From IMG/VR virus record IMGVR_UViG_3300023435_000009: a DNA stretch of 64,000 nt. One strand, written 5' to 3'. A program made the position numbers and the translations under genes. Position 1 is the first letter of the stretch, and every line of letters begins with the position of its first letter. The notes beneath the pieces were generated by a model, which saw nothing but the letters and a program-made list of their open reading frames with translations, made no database searches and was not told the DNA's origin. Positions 1 to 10,368 of the stretch are shown here, piece by piece. This stretch comes from a virus (Duplodnaviria > Caudoviricetes).

Positions 1-3000
1 TCGGACGGAATCGTGGGTCCGATGCGGCTTGCAGATGCCACACCCCTGTACTTGGCCCCGATCCCTGGTCCGACTGATCACCCCTTCATCCATTTTGGGA
101 GTCGGAATCCTCTGACCCCTATTTTGGTCACCACTGATGCGGCTCTGGCATCAATCAACACAGTGGACCCCGGTACGGTTGCCGTGTCTCTTTCGACCGG
201 GAAGTTGCGTTTTGCCCCCGAAGACGTACAGCGGGCTGATCCCTCAACCCCCCTGTTTGACAAGTACTTCCTGGGAGAGGACGTCATTTACAAGGGGGTG
301 GCTCTTAACAGCCAGCCCCAGCCTACTCGTGCTCCTGTGGCACTCGTGGATGAAGCGGGCGCTGTGGCTACGGCACAGGATGACCCGTTGTACATCCCGG
401 ACGCAGTAGAACTGCCCACCGAGTTTGCGCTGGACGACCCCCGAAGAGGACTCGGGGTTTCGGGCATCCTCGACGCCCCGGACGGTACAGGGGGTCTTCC
501 CTCCCAGCCCGGTGTTGCAGCCACGGTACGTCCGGGGGGCGACACCATCGGGGCACAGAACTTGGGTCGGATCCGTCAGGTAGACGACGGGGTTGGAGAA
601 TCCATCTTGTTCTCCCGTGAAGGGGCCATCATCACGTTGGAGGAGGTGACTCTGGAGGCTGACCTCCCGACCATGGGCTTCAAGGTCAAGGCCAGCAAAG
701 CCTATGTAGCAAGGGAACGGGGTGTAGAGGGATCTCTGGTGGTGCTGGGCCGAAGTGATCGGAAGAGCTTCGGGGATAACGCTGTCTACTTCCTTCAGTC
801 GTCACTGACTCCAGCGACCTTCACTACGGACGCTGTGGTCTACTCCAGGGGACGGGACATCTTCAGGTTCACTGGTGATGAGGTGTTCTACTATGCCGTG
901 GACGGTACGGCATACCTGTGGACACCCACTCTGCTGTTGGCAGCCTACCCTAACAACAGTTATTTCACACCCGAGATGGTCGCCGCATCCCTTCAGTCTG
1001 ACACTCTTCCGTTGCCTCCCGCCGGGACGGCCACCGCTGTGAGCGGTCGTGTTGCAATCCGAGGAGCGACCTCGGTGGAGATCGGTTTCGGGACGGACGG
1101 GGAAAAGGATCTTTCCGGTTGCACTGCCTTGGGCCTTATGCCTGGGTGGCGTGCCGTGAACGGGGTCCAGAACTGGCTTCCTGACTCAGGGGTCACTTTG
1201 GGACTCCCTCGCAGCCCCTCCAACATGGACCGCAGCAGTGCCACCCCGGACTACGCCGCAGTCGACCGGGTCGAGAACATCATCCTGTCCGAGAGTGTTC
1301 CTCCCAGCCCCTTCACGTTCCTGGACAATGTGCCATTGCAGGACATCGCTGGGTATGACGACGGGGTCTTCTTCACCCTCCAGTACCTTGCCCTTAATGG
1401 GGACGAGATCGAGGTGGTCAACAAGCCCCTCCTGCACTACGAGGACATCATTCACAGGTTTGGGCAGCGGAAGTTTGACTGGGTGGAGGACAGCATCGCC
1501 TTGGGTGTCGTGGACAAAACGACCACGACCCTGAACTTGGGTGTTCCCAGCCTGGTGCCGGAGACCCTGCTGGGGATCCCTGAAATTGCCGCAGGGCTGC
1601 TGGTGGCCCCTGATGGTGGTGTTTACATCTTTCAGGATCCTGACACGGACTTCGTTCTGCCCCAGGACGGGGTGTCCGGGAACGTGATCCTGGTCGAGCG
1701 GTTTGGTTCCTTGGTGACCTATGGGTCCAAGGGTGCCCGCCTGACCGACCCCACTCACTTTGAGGATCAGTCCGCTGACTTCACCCAGGCCAAGGTTGGC
1801 TACCGCCTGAAGATCACCTCCGGGGATAACACCGGCTCCTATCTTGTGGAGGAGATCCTTTCGTCTACACAAGTGCGATTGGCACCTGCGATCCCAGAGG
1901 AGTCCCAGATTTGGATGACGTGGGAGCTTTTCACGGGACACACCTCGGATGTGTATGACCCGGCGCTTGTCGCTGACATGGTCTACAAGGACTTCCAGCT
2001 TCTCCCTGAGGAGCCTTTCATCATCAGGATACTGCATCTGGCCGGGCTTGTGCCTGCAACCCCAGCGGAGCAGGAGGCCAACCGACTTCAGGTGGACATG
2101 GGCGAAGCGGTGGAACTTGATCGTCCTATCAGCCTCCGGTTCGGTTTGGAGGCAGTCAACCTTACGAATGAGGCGACACTGACGGCCCTCAGGAAAGTCC
2201 CCATGGGGACGATGGCCAACAACCTGCTGACGCTCCCCGATGTGAACAGTTCCCGTTTCTCCACGGAGGCGTTCTCCGTTCAGGTGGGGAGGGCAACTTT
2301 TAGCCACGGGGCCGGTGATCTGGTGGGGGTTGCGTCCTTCAGTTCGGATCCGTCAGGAATTGAGTACCTGACCGCTGACATTGTTGTTGGCGGTGTGACG
2401 ACACCGAAGGGGCGTCTCAAGTTTGGCACCACTGTGTTGACTTCACTGACGGGGGCCAAGGTCTACTACCAGGAGGAGTTCCTGGGTGCAGCCCTGCTCG
2501 TCAGTGGAGAGGCGGAGTTTGACCCCTCAGACGGTTGGTTCAACTTGTCCTCCGCTGACCTGACGGTACACGCTGGGAAGAGGCTCTATTTTGTGGAGCA
2601 GTTGGAGACCGAAGGGCACAGGGATGTTTCCATCAATCCAATGCTGGGTGCCTTCTCCCCCAACGTGCCCCTCCCGAGGGGGGCGGTGGTGGAGGTTCTT
2701 TACTGGCGGGCGGACCTTGAGGGGCGGCGGATCGGTGACCAAGTGGTCGAGTTCCTTCCCGTTTTCGTGCGGAAAGAACAGGCGCAGTTGGTTGCCCCCA
2801 ACATCTACAAGTTCAACCATGCTCTTGAAGACACCGTGTTCCAAGACATCGAACCTTCCGTGTGGATCGGTGCGATGATGCAGAACTTCGGGCAGGTCGA
2901 CTGTGTTGTCGATTACCCCGAGGATTGGAACGGAGCCGGGCGTGTCACGTTCGTGAGTAAAACAGTGGACGCCACGGACCCCGTGACCGTGACCTTTGCC

Positions 3001-6000
3001 GTGTACGAAGCCCAGGGCGGGGAGCGTTCTTACGAGGCCAGTCAGAAAAACATCTATCGTCCACCCTTTTTCATCAAGGCGAACCAGAGCCGGTTTGGGC
3101 TCAGGACGGATAGGACAGCAGAGTTCGAACCGGGCCAGATGATTCGGATTGGTGAGGACTGCTTCTACATCCGCTCCCTGAAGTACTTTCCGCTCGAAAC
3201 CGATGGCAGCGGGGATGTGACCGAGGTCAACATCTTCCCCTCTACCATAAACGAGGTGGGCAGCAGGGCTCCTGGTAACGATCTGCTGAACTACATTACG
3301 GACAAGCCCCTCACGACGGTGGTGGACCCCGATGGGCCGACTCCTGTGCCCACAACGGCAGCCGCTGGGTTTATGTCAGCTATTGATCTGACACAGTTTC
3401 CTTTTGAGTCTGTGGTGCGAGGCCAGAAGGTTGTCATCTTCAGAGGTGACCTTACGGAGTTCGCTGTGCCGGGCCATGTTATCGAGATCGGGGGCGCACC
3501 CTACACCATCGGTAGTTCCGAGATCACGGAGGATGGGACACGCACGAAGATCACGGTGACGGGGAGCTTCCATCGGGCCTTCGACATACTGGCAGCCCCC
3601 ATCGTCAAAATCTCCTACCGTCCGGTGTACCCTCCGAACTTCATGGAGTTCGTGGGCGTGGGTCCGGTTCTGGACTCTGAGACGGTGGAACTTGTCCTGT
3701 TCGGGGAGACCCTGAGCAACGGTGAGGAGGCACCGGGGCGGACCCTGGTGCCTGACGTGGAGTACCATCTGGACTACACGTCAGGGGCTGTGCAGCTTCT
3801 GTGGCCTCCGCAAGCTGGTCTGCAGCCCAACCAGTGGCTCCTTCTGACCTTCACCAAGCTGCGGACCCTCCAACCCTATCTCAAGGATGAGGTGCTGGTG
3901 GAGCCTCGGTTCCAGGCGTCGTTCTTGTCCGTCACGACACCCAGCGAAGCGAATGACAGACTGGGTGCAACCCTCGCTGCGACGTTCACCTTTTCCAGCC
4001 CGGACTCATTCTACTTCCGAGCCGTGGAGTTGACCCAATTCCTCAGCGAGGCAGCCCAGGAGGCTATCCGGGACATCAACGCCACGTCTCCCGCTGGGGG
4101 TTCCATTCAGATCTCCGCCGGAGGGACCGACAACTGGCAGCAGGGGCGTTTTGGGTTGATGGGGGAGAAGGCACACCTCTCGGACCTGGATCGGGCAGCC
4201 AGGACGTTCCTGGGCTTCTACAATGACACTGTCGTGGCCTTCGAACAGATCCAGGAGACCATCTCGGGAGGTTTCGTCGGGGATCGGGATGGGAAGTTCC
4301 GGTTCTGGGTGGGCTACGGGAAGGACTACCCCACGCCTGGGTACGAGGACGCCATCTCAGGTGGTCTCCTGTCAAGGTTTGTGTGGGCGGACGCAGTAAA
4401 TTCTGAACGGGTGCTGGGCGCTCCAGCATTCCTGACCCTGGACGATTGGGTGGTGGCTCCTGACTCCGTCACGTTGGAGGATGCTGAGATCAGTGGTTCT
4501 TTCCTGGGTCCAAACACGCTGAATATAATGCAGACCATCCAGGGTGCATTGGTTCAGAATGATGTGGACGACGTCGTTCTCCTCAAGCTCGGAAAGACGC
4601 ACATTACAGGGACGGGGGCGGATCCCTATTACCACTTCAAGGCCAAGGGTGTCTTCGGGCGCATGTCCGATCAGCATCAGTTCTCCCGCATCTTCCCCAC
4701 CCGGACCAAGGCATTCTTCCGTCTGTACCCCGGCGCAGGGGCACAGATGGAGCCGGGAGCCTTCAACCCTGGCGTCTACACGGCAGGACGGGACATCAAC
4801 GGGGAATGGCTGAAGACCACGGGTGAGCAGATTGGCCAGATCAGTAATCCCGTGCTGGGGGACATCCAGGGTGTAGATTCCATCGATCTGGTCGAGAGAC
4901 GGGCGAGGGGTCGCATCTGGGGGTACTTTCCGGATGGGCTACCTGGTGGTCTTTTCGACGGGGGTGCTTCTCCTCCGGTCCCTGTTGCCTGCATCATCGT
5001 GACGCCGCTCCTTTTAAGGGACGTGCCCGTGGATCCTGAGACGGGCTACCCTGATGACACACGATTCCTCTCCACAGTGCCTCCTGGGGATCTGGGCGAC
5101 GCCGTTGCTGGTGACCCAGAACTGGCCGTGCCCGGTTTCGAGGCAGGAGATCAGTTGGGCTGGGGGAAGCCGGACGGAACAGAACTCGGTGCCTTCTGTC
5201 CCACAACTGTCCTGATGTGGGGTGCCACGGAACCCACGGGCCTCTTCGTCAGAGAAGTCCTATACGGGTGCGTGATTACCTTCCAGGACTACTTGGCCGC
5301 CCCGATGGCGCTCCCTGAGGAAGTCCTTGTGGTGGACACACCCGCCCACGAGTACCCCTTGGAGCGGGGCGACACACTGATGGTGGTTTCGCCCTCAGGG
5401 GTGGCGATGCAGGCTCCTCAGGTGCCAGACCTGACCACGGCTCCCACCTTCCAGACGTTCGCTGACAGTACGGTGCTGGCCGGACTGTATCGGGATGGCT
5501 ATGACTTGGGGACCAAGTCAGACGGACAAGTCATCGACAAGTCCCTCCCCTCCCTTCAGGACCACGCCTACATCCCGTTGAAGGAGTTGGCGGGACAGAA
5601 TGTGCCTGAGCCCACCTCCTCGGTGGAGGGTATTCTGGAGTTCCTTTACATGAACCAGAACCCACTCAAAGTTCCGGCTTTGCTTGGGGGTTGGGTGGAC
5701 GACTCGGGGGACTTCTCGGTCCCATACATCCGCACGGGCAACACAGAGATCGATCGCTTCGAGGACATCTCCGTTGTGGTGTCCGAGGCGATCTCAGCCA
5801 GGTCCGACACGGTGCCAACCGAGGCGGTGTACCCGGACGAAATCCTGAGCCTGAACGGCGTGGTGAACGTCGTTGGGGACACTCCTGCGTCCCTAGATGT
5901 GGATGCGGACCTGTTCCCCGTGGTGCCTGGTCCCATCGTTCCTGGGATCGGGAATGCCCGACCCTACGACCTGATCTTGGTTCAGGAACCAGCCTTGTTT

Positions 6001-9000
6001 GAAGACTCTGACTTCACCACGTTAGCAGGGTACACGTTGGGGCCGCACGGCATCCTGTCCATAGGACGAGCGGAGACCATCCCCGGTGGGACGGCGGTTG
6101 AACCCCCGAGGTTCGTCACCCACACGGCAGCCCCGCCCGCCGGACTCAGCCCCGTGACGGGAGATGCCGTCAGATACAATCTGACCAATGCAATGGTGTT
6201 CGTGGATGGTATCTATCCGCCGGATCCCCAGGTGGGGGTACCGCCAGCGGGTGTTGCGGTCTTTGAGGACACACTGGCTGGGATCACGGTGTTGGACTTC
6301 ACCTCTGTTCCCATGGCCCTGAACGATGGGATCACCCGAGGGGTGGGGAACCTGAACGACGTTTACTTTGCGGGCAACCCGATTACCATCAGGATGATTG
6401 CCCGCCCAGACCCGAACGTAGTTGCGGGGCCGGTTGGACCGAACCCACTGCCCTCGTTGACGGGCGGTGTGGAGGCTCTCCGAATTACTCTCTGGCAGGG
6501 TATGGCCTTCGTGTGGACCTATCAGGACGACTTCAACCTGGCACCTCCTATCGGTGTGGCGCTGGGTGGTCCTCCCATCTTTGGGGACAATGTCGTTCCG
6601 GTGCTCCCCGTTTCAGACAACCGCCAGATCATCATTCCTGGCCTCGGCATCATCCCCTGGGGTGCTGTCCCACCGAACACATGGTTCCTGCCTCACACGC
6701 TGACACCGGGGCCGCTGTATACGATGATCTACGGGTTCGAGTACAGCTTTGACATCGACGCCAGAGGGTTCTTGCACTGGGCACCCGCAGCGCCGATCTG
6801 GGGATCCCTGACAGCCTGGGTGGATGAGGACCGCCTCACCTTCCACGAGACCTGCGACCTGCGTTACGCATCAGAGCGGGGTTTTGTGCATCCTCTTAAT
6901 CCCGCTTTGGACCTTGAGACCCAACTCACCGTGGACGAGGTCCGGCTTGGGCGGGATGCAGCCACTTGGTACTGGTCCGACGTTAACGCCAGGGCCAACG
7001 GTTGGACAGGTGCCCCGATTCCCTTCACGTTCTTGATGCGAGTTCCACCCTACGTGGGTGAATGGCAGATGGCGGCTGGTACCGTCAGCGAGCGGGGGTC
7101 TATCCGGGTGATGGCTTTTGAGGGGCATGACAACGTCCCCATTGAAGGGGTGACTGTTGCTTCGGCCACTGTGCCTTCCTGTGACTACCCACCCAACCAG
7201 ACCGCTGAGATCTGCTCCGGCGTAGGGGTCACATCCAGCAGGCTCAACACCTGGCTCACCCCGGCGGAGGTCGAAAGTTCAGACTGTCGCCTCACGGCCA
7301 TCACCCCAAGCTCAGGTTCCGTAGGGGCCGTTGAGAAGGGTGACGTGCTCGTCATCAATGGTTCCAGTAATCTGACATATCCGGGCACCCTGTACGCTGG
7401 GACGTACCTTGTCCGGCATGCAGTGGAGACCTTGGGTGGTTCCTACCGAGCGGTGGCTCCTACGTCCACCACGGGGGTAGGGACGGGTTGGTGCCCAGTG
7501 GTCTATCCCACGGTGTTGGGGTACGACAATGTCACCAATGAACTGACGGTCTCCGATTTGGCCCCCGCAGCGGGAGGACCCCTTGTGGGTGGTGTCAATG
7601 TCGGGTTCCCTCTCCCTGCGGCAGGCACCCGAGTCTTTGTGTTGATTAGTCCTGCAGGGTTGGCTTCATTCGATGAGTTGACTTTCCGTGGGTCTGTGAT
7701 CAGTGCCGAGTACTCTGGGATGGCGATGGTGGCTGGACGGGGCGTCTTCACGGTAGCCAACTGGCAGGATGCAATGGGGACGGTGATCACGGAGGCTGAG
7801 TTCGAGCTTTCCGCCACCGTAGGAACGAAGATCTCGGGGATGCAGTTCCTTCCCGTACAGGTTTCCGGGGCCGAGTACGGTTTGCCCCATGACAACTGCG
7901 TGGGCGTTGATGATGCAGCCCTTTCCATCTATGGGTTCCGGCGGCTGACCTTCAGGCCGCCCACGTCGTTGACTCATTTCCCTGCCGCCCCGGATAACGC
8001 TCAACCTGTGGTGTTCAACTCTGCGGGGGCACCCGGCGTGACGGACGGGGCCTTGGACAGGGTTGCGGGGTTCAACACCTTGATCCCCATGGTCTCTGCC
8101 CCGGAACCGGGGCATGAGTTCCTGCCCAGTCCAGCGACTCCGGTCTACCACTGGGTCGCACACACGTTGGACGTGCAGGCGTTTAACAGCCTGCTTCAGC
8201 TTTGGGACACCCTGAATGTGGCTGGTGGCTCCTACGGCGGCATCCATGGTGCGACGGGAGTCCGGTGCATCCTCCCTGGGACCGAGATGGCTATGACCAG
8301 TGAAAATGTCGGGGTGATGCTCCCAGGCTTCCGTGCCCAGGCAGGGATCTTCCTGGAGCCCTCCGTGCCTCGTGCCGGGTTGGATCTGGTTCCGGCAGTC
8401 AGTCACGTTCGGGTTGTTGACCAGGACCACAGTCTTCCTGACCCCACTCTTGCGGCAACGGATGATGTGCGAGAGATCTGGATGAGGAACGCTCATGACT
8501 ACTACCTGGGAGGTGGTGCTTCTACGCAACCGAACATCCCGGAAGAGGTCACCTTCATTGTGAGACGCATCCGTCGTTTTCACAACGTCGGGGGTTCTCC
8601 TACGAACCTGATGCCCCTGCGATATGCCTACGAGATCCGCCGAGGAATGATCACTGATTACACTGTGATGCCCAGCCAGATGTGCATCGTGCAGGCCAAC
8701 TCTTTCACAATGAACTGGGAATCGATCAAGCCCGCAGGGTCACCCAAAGCGAACGACGCTTGGAATGACGGTGCCACCTACCTGGGAACCAACCTGGGGC
8801 CGTTCAACAACGAGGACGTGAACGCCCACGCCGGGGACACCTTCCGGCTCCTGGATCGTTTCGGGGACGTAGTGGAGGAAGCCGAGATCAGTTCCGTGAG
8901 GGAAGGACATGAGTTGGTTCTTGTTCCTCCAGGGTTGCAACTCTATGACCCCTCTAACGGGACCGTGCGGTTCGAGATTTTCCTCCGGCACGCTCCGGTG

Positions 9001-10302
9001 CCCCATGAGCAGACCAACGAGCAACTCCTGGATGTCATTACTTCTCGGGCTGTCACACGCACGGACGCTACCTGGGGTGTGGCCTCAGAGTTGGGTGGTT
9101 ACGTCCCAGAGGTCACAGGTGGGGCCACCTATGCTGGTAATGTCAACAAGCTCTACGACGACCTGAACGCCCCAGGAACCGGGGGCCAGACCTTCGGGGC
9201 GTTGGGGGTACAGAAGGGTGATATCGTTGTGGTGGATCCCATCGGGTTGATTCCTCAGAACTTAGCGGGCGATCCCACAACGCAAGAGTTGGCGATGCGT
9301 CCGGTGGGGGACGATTCTGTAGACGTCAGGATCGGTGCCGGAGTGTATGTGCCTGGACGCCCGAACCCTCTGGATGACAACAGGGGCTTCTACAGGGTTC
9401 TCCAGGTGGTCGATTCGGTGACACCCCCCTACTTGCTGGTGAATCCGGTTACGGAATTCACGGGGACAGATGTCGCTCCCGTTGTGTTCGATCCTACGGA
9501 TGACACCCGAGCGTATGCGGTGTACCCCTCGATCCACGACTCTTCTTTGGCTGCGACTGGCGAGGAGGGGCAGATGGATCTTCGTCCGACGAGGGCGAGG
9601 AATCCTGCGAATGGTTCCTTCAAGAACTACCCCAGCGGACTCAGCAACCACTCGGTAAGGCCCTTCTCTTATCAGGTGATTCGTCCGACGCAGTTCTTCA
9701 CGGACGCCACCATTGACTTGGTCCTGTCCACTCGGGAACGGATGCTCTCCCTCATCGCTTTGATCAATCAAATTGGGCACACCAAGGGTGGCAGTTATTT
9801 CATCTTCCAACGGGACACCCACCTGTACGATGTGGGCAGCCCGACCGACCCGGAGTTGGGCCTCGGTGTGGCCTCTAACGACTACCTCATGTCCGTGGTG
9901 GGCCGGGTGGATGTGATGCCCTATGCCAATAACACGACCTGCTTGTCCCTTCTGGACAGGAGGTTCTGGATCCTGGACGAGAAGCTGGACTTCCTGACGT
10001 ATGATGCAGCCAGCGGGACGGGGATGAGAAGGGCGGGTCCAGGGGACACCCCATACACTGAGTACTCTACAGTGACGGGGAGCATGGTCCGCCCTGTGCT
10101 GCCAGACTTGGTAGACGATGTGCTGGATCAGTCTGAGAGGCTCCGGGACGTGCGGTACGTCTGGTTGGCCTACCGGACTCATCAGGTTCTGGGCACGCTT
10201 GCCTCACTGAGCCGCTTTGACGCTGAGTTACCCAAACGTCTTCAGGAACAGGAGCAGTATCTGCTCCTGAAGGAATCGATGGAGAAGGTCTCTGAAACTT
10301 GA
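1..10302 (+). CDS. Giant putative virion structural protein (>3429 aa, 5'-truncated)
   Basis: The frame is open from base 1 (TCG GAC GGA ATC GTG) to TGA at 10300-10302, with strongly GC3-biased codons. The sequence is rich in G/P/V/T/D, as in beta-rich virion proteins. It heads a co-oriented baseplate/tail operon. No catalytic motif recognised. Confidence 0.75.
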   Translation, partial: SDGIVGPMRLADATPLYLAPIPGPTDHPFIHFGSRNPLTPILVTTDAALASINTVDPGTVAVSLSTGKLRFAPEDVQRADPSTPLFDKYFLGEDVIYKGVALNSQPQPTRAPVALVDEAGAVATAQDDPLYIPDAVELPTEFALDDPRRGLGVSGILDAPDGTGGLPSQPGVAATVRPGGDTIGAQNLGRIRQVDDGVGESILFSREGAIITLEEVTLEADLPTMGFKVKASKAYVARERGVEGSLVVLGRSDRKSFGDNAVYFLQSSLTPATFTTDAVVYSRGRDIFRFTGDEVFYYAVDGTAYLWTPTLLLAAYPNNSYFTPEMVAASLQSDTLPLPPAGTATAVSGRVAIRGATSVEIGFGTDGEKDLSGCTALGLMPGWRAVNGVQNWLPDSGVTLGLPRSPSNMDRSSATPDYAAVDRVENIILSESVPPSPFTFLDNVPLQDIAGYDDGVFFTLQYLALNGDEIEVVNKPLLHYEDIIHRFGQRKFDWVEDSIALGVVDKTTTTLNLGVPSLVPETLLGIPEIAAGLLVAPDGGVYIFQDPDTDFVLPQDGVSGNVILVERFGSLVTYGSKGARLTDPTHFEDQSADFTQAKVGYRLKITSGDNTGSYLVEEILSSTQVRLAPAIPEESQIWMTWELFTGHTSDVYDPALVADMVYKDFQLLPEEPFIIRILHLAGLVPATPAEQEANRLQVDMGEAVELDRPISLRFGLEAVNLTNEATLTALRKVPMGTMANNLLTLPDVNSSRFSTEAFSVQVGRATFSHGAGDLVGVASFSSDPSGIEYLTADIVVGGVTTPKGRLKFGTTVLTSLTGAKVYYQEEFLGAALLVSGEAEFDPSDGWFNLSSADLTVHAGKRLYFVEQLETEGHRDVSINPMLGAFSPNVPLPRGAVVEVLYWRADLEGRRIGDQVVEFLPVFVRKEQAQLVAPNIYKFNHALEDTVFQDIEPSVWIGAMMQNFGQVDCVVDYPEDWNGAGRVTFVSKTVDATDPVTVTFAVYEAQGGERSYEASQKNIYRPPFFIKANQSRFGLRTDRTAEFEPGQMIRIGEDCFYIRSLKYFPLETDGSGDVTEVNIFPSTINEVGSRAPGNDLLNYITDKPLTTVVDPDGPTPVPTTAAAGFMSAIDLTQFPFESVVRGQKVVIFRGDLTEFAVPGHVIEIGGAPYTIGSSEITEDGTRTKITVTGSFHRAFDILAAPIVKISYRPVYPPNFMEFVGVGPVLDSETVELVLFGETLSNGEEAPGRTLVPDVEYHLDYTSGAVQLLWPPQAGLQPNQWLLLTFTKLRTLQPYLKDEVLVEPRFQASFLSVTTPSEANDRLGATLAATFTFSSPDSFYFRAVELTQFLSEAAQEAIRDINATSPAGGSIQISAGGTDNWQQGRFGLMGEKAHLSDLDRAARTFLGFYNDTVVAFEQIQETISGGFVGDRDGKFRFWVGYGKDYPTPGYEDAISGGLLSRFVWADAVNSERVLGAPAFLTLDDWVVAPDSVTLEDAEISGSFLGPNTLNIMQTIQGALVQNDVDDVVLLKLGKTHITGTGADPYYHFKAKGVFGRMSDQHQFSRIFPTRTKAFFRLYPGAGAQMEPGAFNPGVYTAGRDINGEWLKTTGEQIGQISNPVLGDIQGVDSIDLVERRARGRIWGYFPDGLPGGLFDGGASPPVPVACIIVTPLLLRDVPVDPETGYPDDTRFLSTVPPGDLGDAVAGDPELAVPGFEAGDQLGWGKPDGTELGAFCPTTVLMWGATEPTGLFVREVLYGCVITFQDYLAAPMALPEEVLVVDTPAHEYPLERGDTLMVVSPSGVAMQAPQVPDLTTAPTFQTFADSTVLAGLYRDGYDLGTKSDGQVIDKSLPSLQDHAYIPLKELAGQNVPEPTSSVEGILEFLYMNQNPLKVPALLGGWVDDSGDFSVPYIRTGNTEIDRFEDISVVVSEAISARSDTVPTEAVYPDEILSLNGVVNVVGDTPASLDVDADLFPVVPGPIVPGIGNARPYDLILVQEPALFEDSDFTTLAGYTLGPHGILSIGRAETIPGGTAVEPPRFVTHTAAPPAGLSPVTGDAVRYNLTNAMVFVDGIYPPDPQVGVPPAGVAVFEDTLAGITVLDFTSVPMALNDGITRGVGNLNDVYFAGNPITIRMIARPDPNVVAGPVGPNPLPSLTGGVEALRITLWQGMAFVWTYQDDFNLAPPIGVALGGPPIFGDNVVPVLPVSDNRQIIIPGLGIIPWGAVPPNTWFLPHTLTPGPLYTMIYGFEYSFDIDARGFLHWAPAAPIWGSLTAWVDEDRLTFHETCDLRYASERGFVHPLNPALDLETQLTVDEVRLGRDAATWYWSDVNARANGWTGAPIPFTFLMRVPPYVGEWQMAAGTVSERGSIRVMAFEGHDNVPIEGVTVASATVPSCDYPPNQTAEICSGVGVTSSRLNTWLTPAEVESSDCRLTAITPSSGSVGAVEKGDVLVINGSSNLTYPGTLYAGTYLVRHAVETLGGSYRAVAPTSTTGVGTGWCPVVYPTVLGYDNVTNELTVSDLAPAAGGPLVGGVNVGFPLPAAGTRVFVLISPAGLASFDELTFRGSVISAEYSGMAMVAGRGVFTVANWQDAMGTVITEAEFELSATVGTKISGMQFLPVQVSGAEYGLPHDNCVGVDDAALSIYGFRRLTFRPPTSLTHFPAAPDNAQPVVFNSAGAPGVTDGALDRVAGFNTLIPMVSAPEPGHEFLPSPATPVYHWVAHTLDVQAFNSLLQLWDTLNVAGGSYGGIHGATGVRCILPGTEMAMTSENVGVMLPGFRAQAGIFLEPSVPRAGLDLVPAVSHVRVVDQDHSLPDPTLAATDDVREIWMRNAHDYYLGGGASTQPNIPEEVTFIVRRIRRFHNVGGSPTNLMPLRYAYEIRRGMITDYTVMPSQMCIVQANSFTMNWESIKPAGSPKANDAWNDGATYLGTNLGPFNNEDVNAHAGDTFRLLDRFGDVVEEAEISSVREGHELVLVPPGLQLYDPSNGTVRFEIFLRHAPVPHEQTNEQLLDVITSRAVTRTDATWGVASELGGYVPEVTGGATYAGNVNKLYDDLNAPGTGGQTFGALGVQKGDIVVVDPIGLIPQNLAGDPTTQELAMRPVGDDSVDVRIGAGVYVPGRPNPLDDNRGFYRVLQVVDSVTPPYLLVNPVTEFTGTDVAPVVFDPTDDTRAYAVYPSIHDSSLAATGEEGQMDLRPTRARNPANGSFKNYPSGLSNHSVRPFSYQVIRPTQFFTDATIDLVLSTRERMLSLIALINQIGHTKGGSYFIFQRDTHLYDVGSPTDPELGLGVASNDYLMSVVGRVDVMPYANNTTCLSLLDRRFWILDEKLDFLTYDAASGTGMRRAGPGDTPYTEYSTVTGSMVRPVLPDLVDDVLDQSERLRDVRYVWLAYRTHQVLGTLASLSRFDAELPKRLQEQEQYLLLKESMEKVSET

Positions 10303-10368
10303 TAAGTGTTCAACGGTGCTTTAAGATGTTGGTCATGTGCATGACTATCACGCAGGCAGAGGGGAAAA

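Noticed and set aside
10299-10345. TTGAT (the ISDra2 TAM) and a GTCATG-TG-CATGAC hairpin left of tnpB1 as the element's left end
   Set aside because: A 5-mer is easily chance, this TnpB is not evidently ISDra2-like, and no empty allele is available to fix the boundary.
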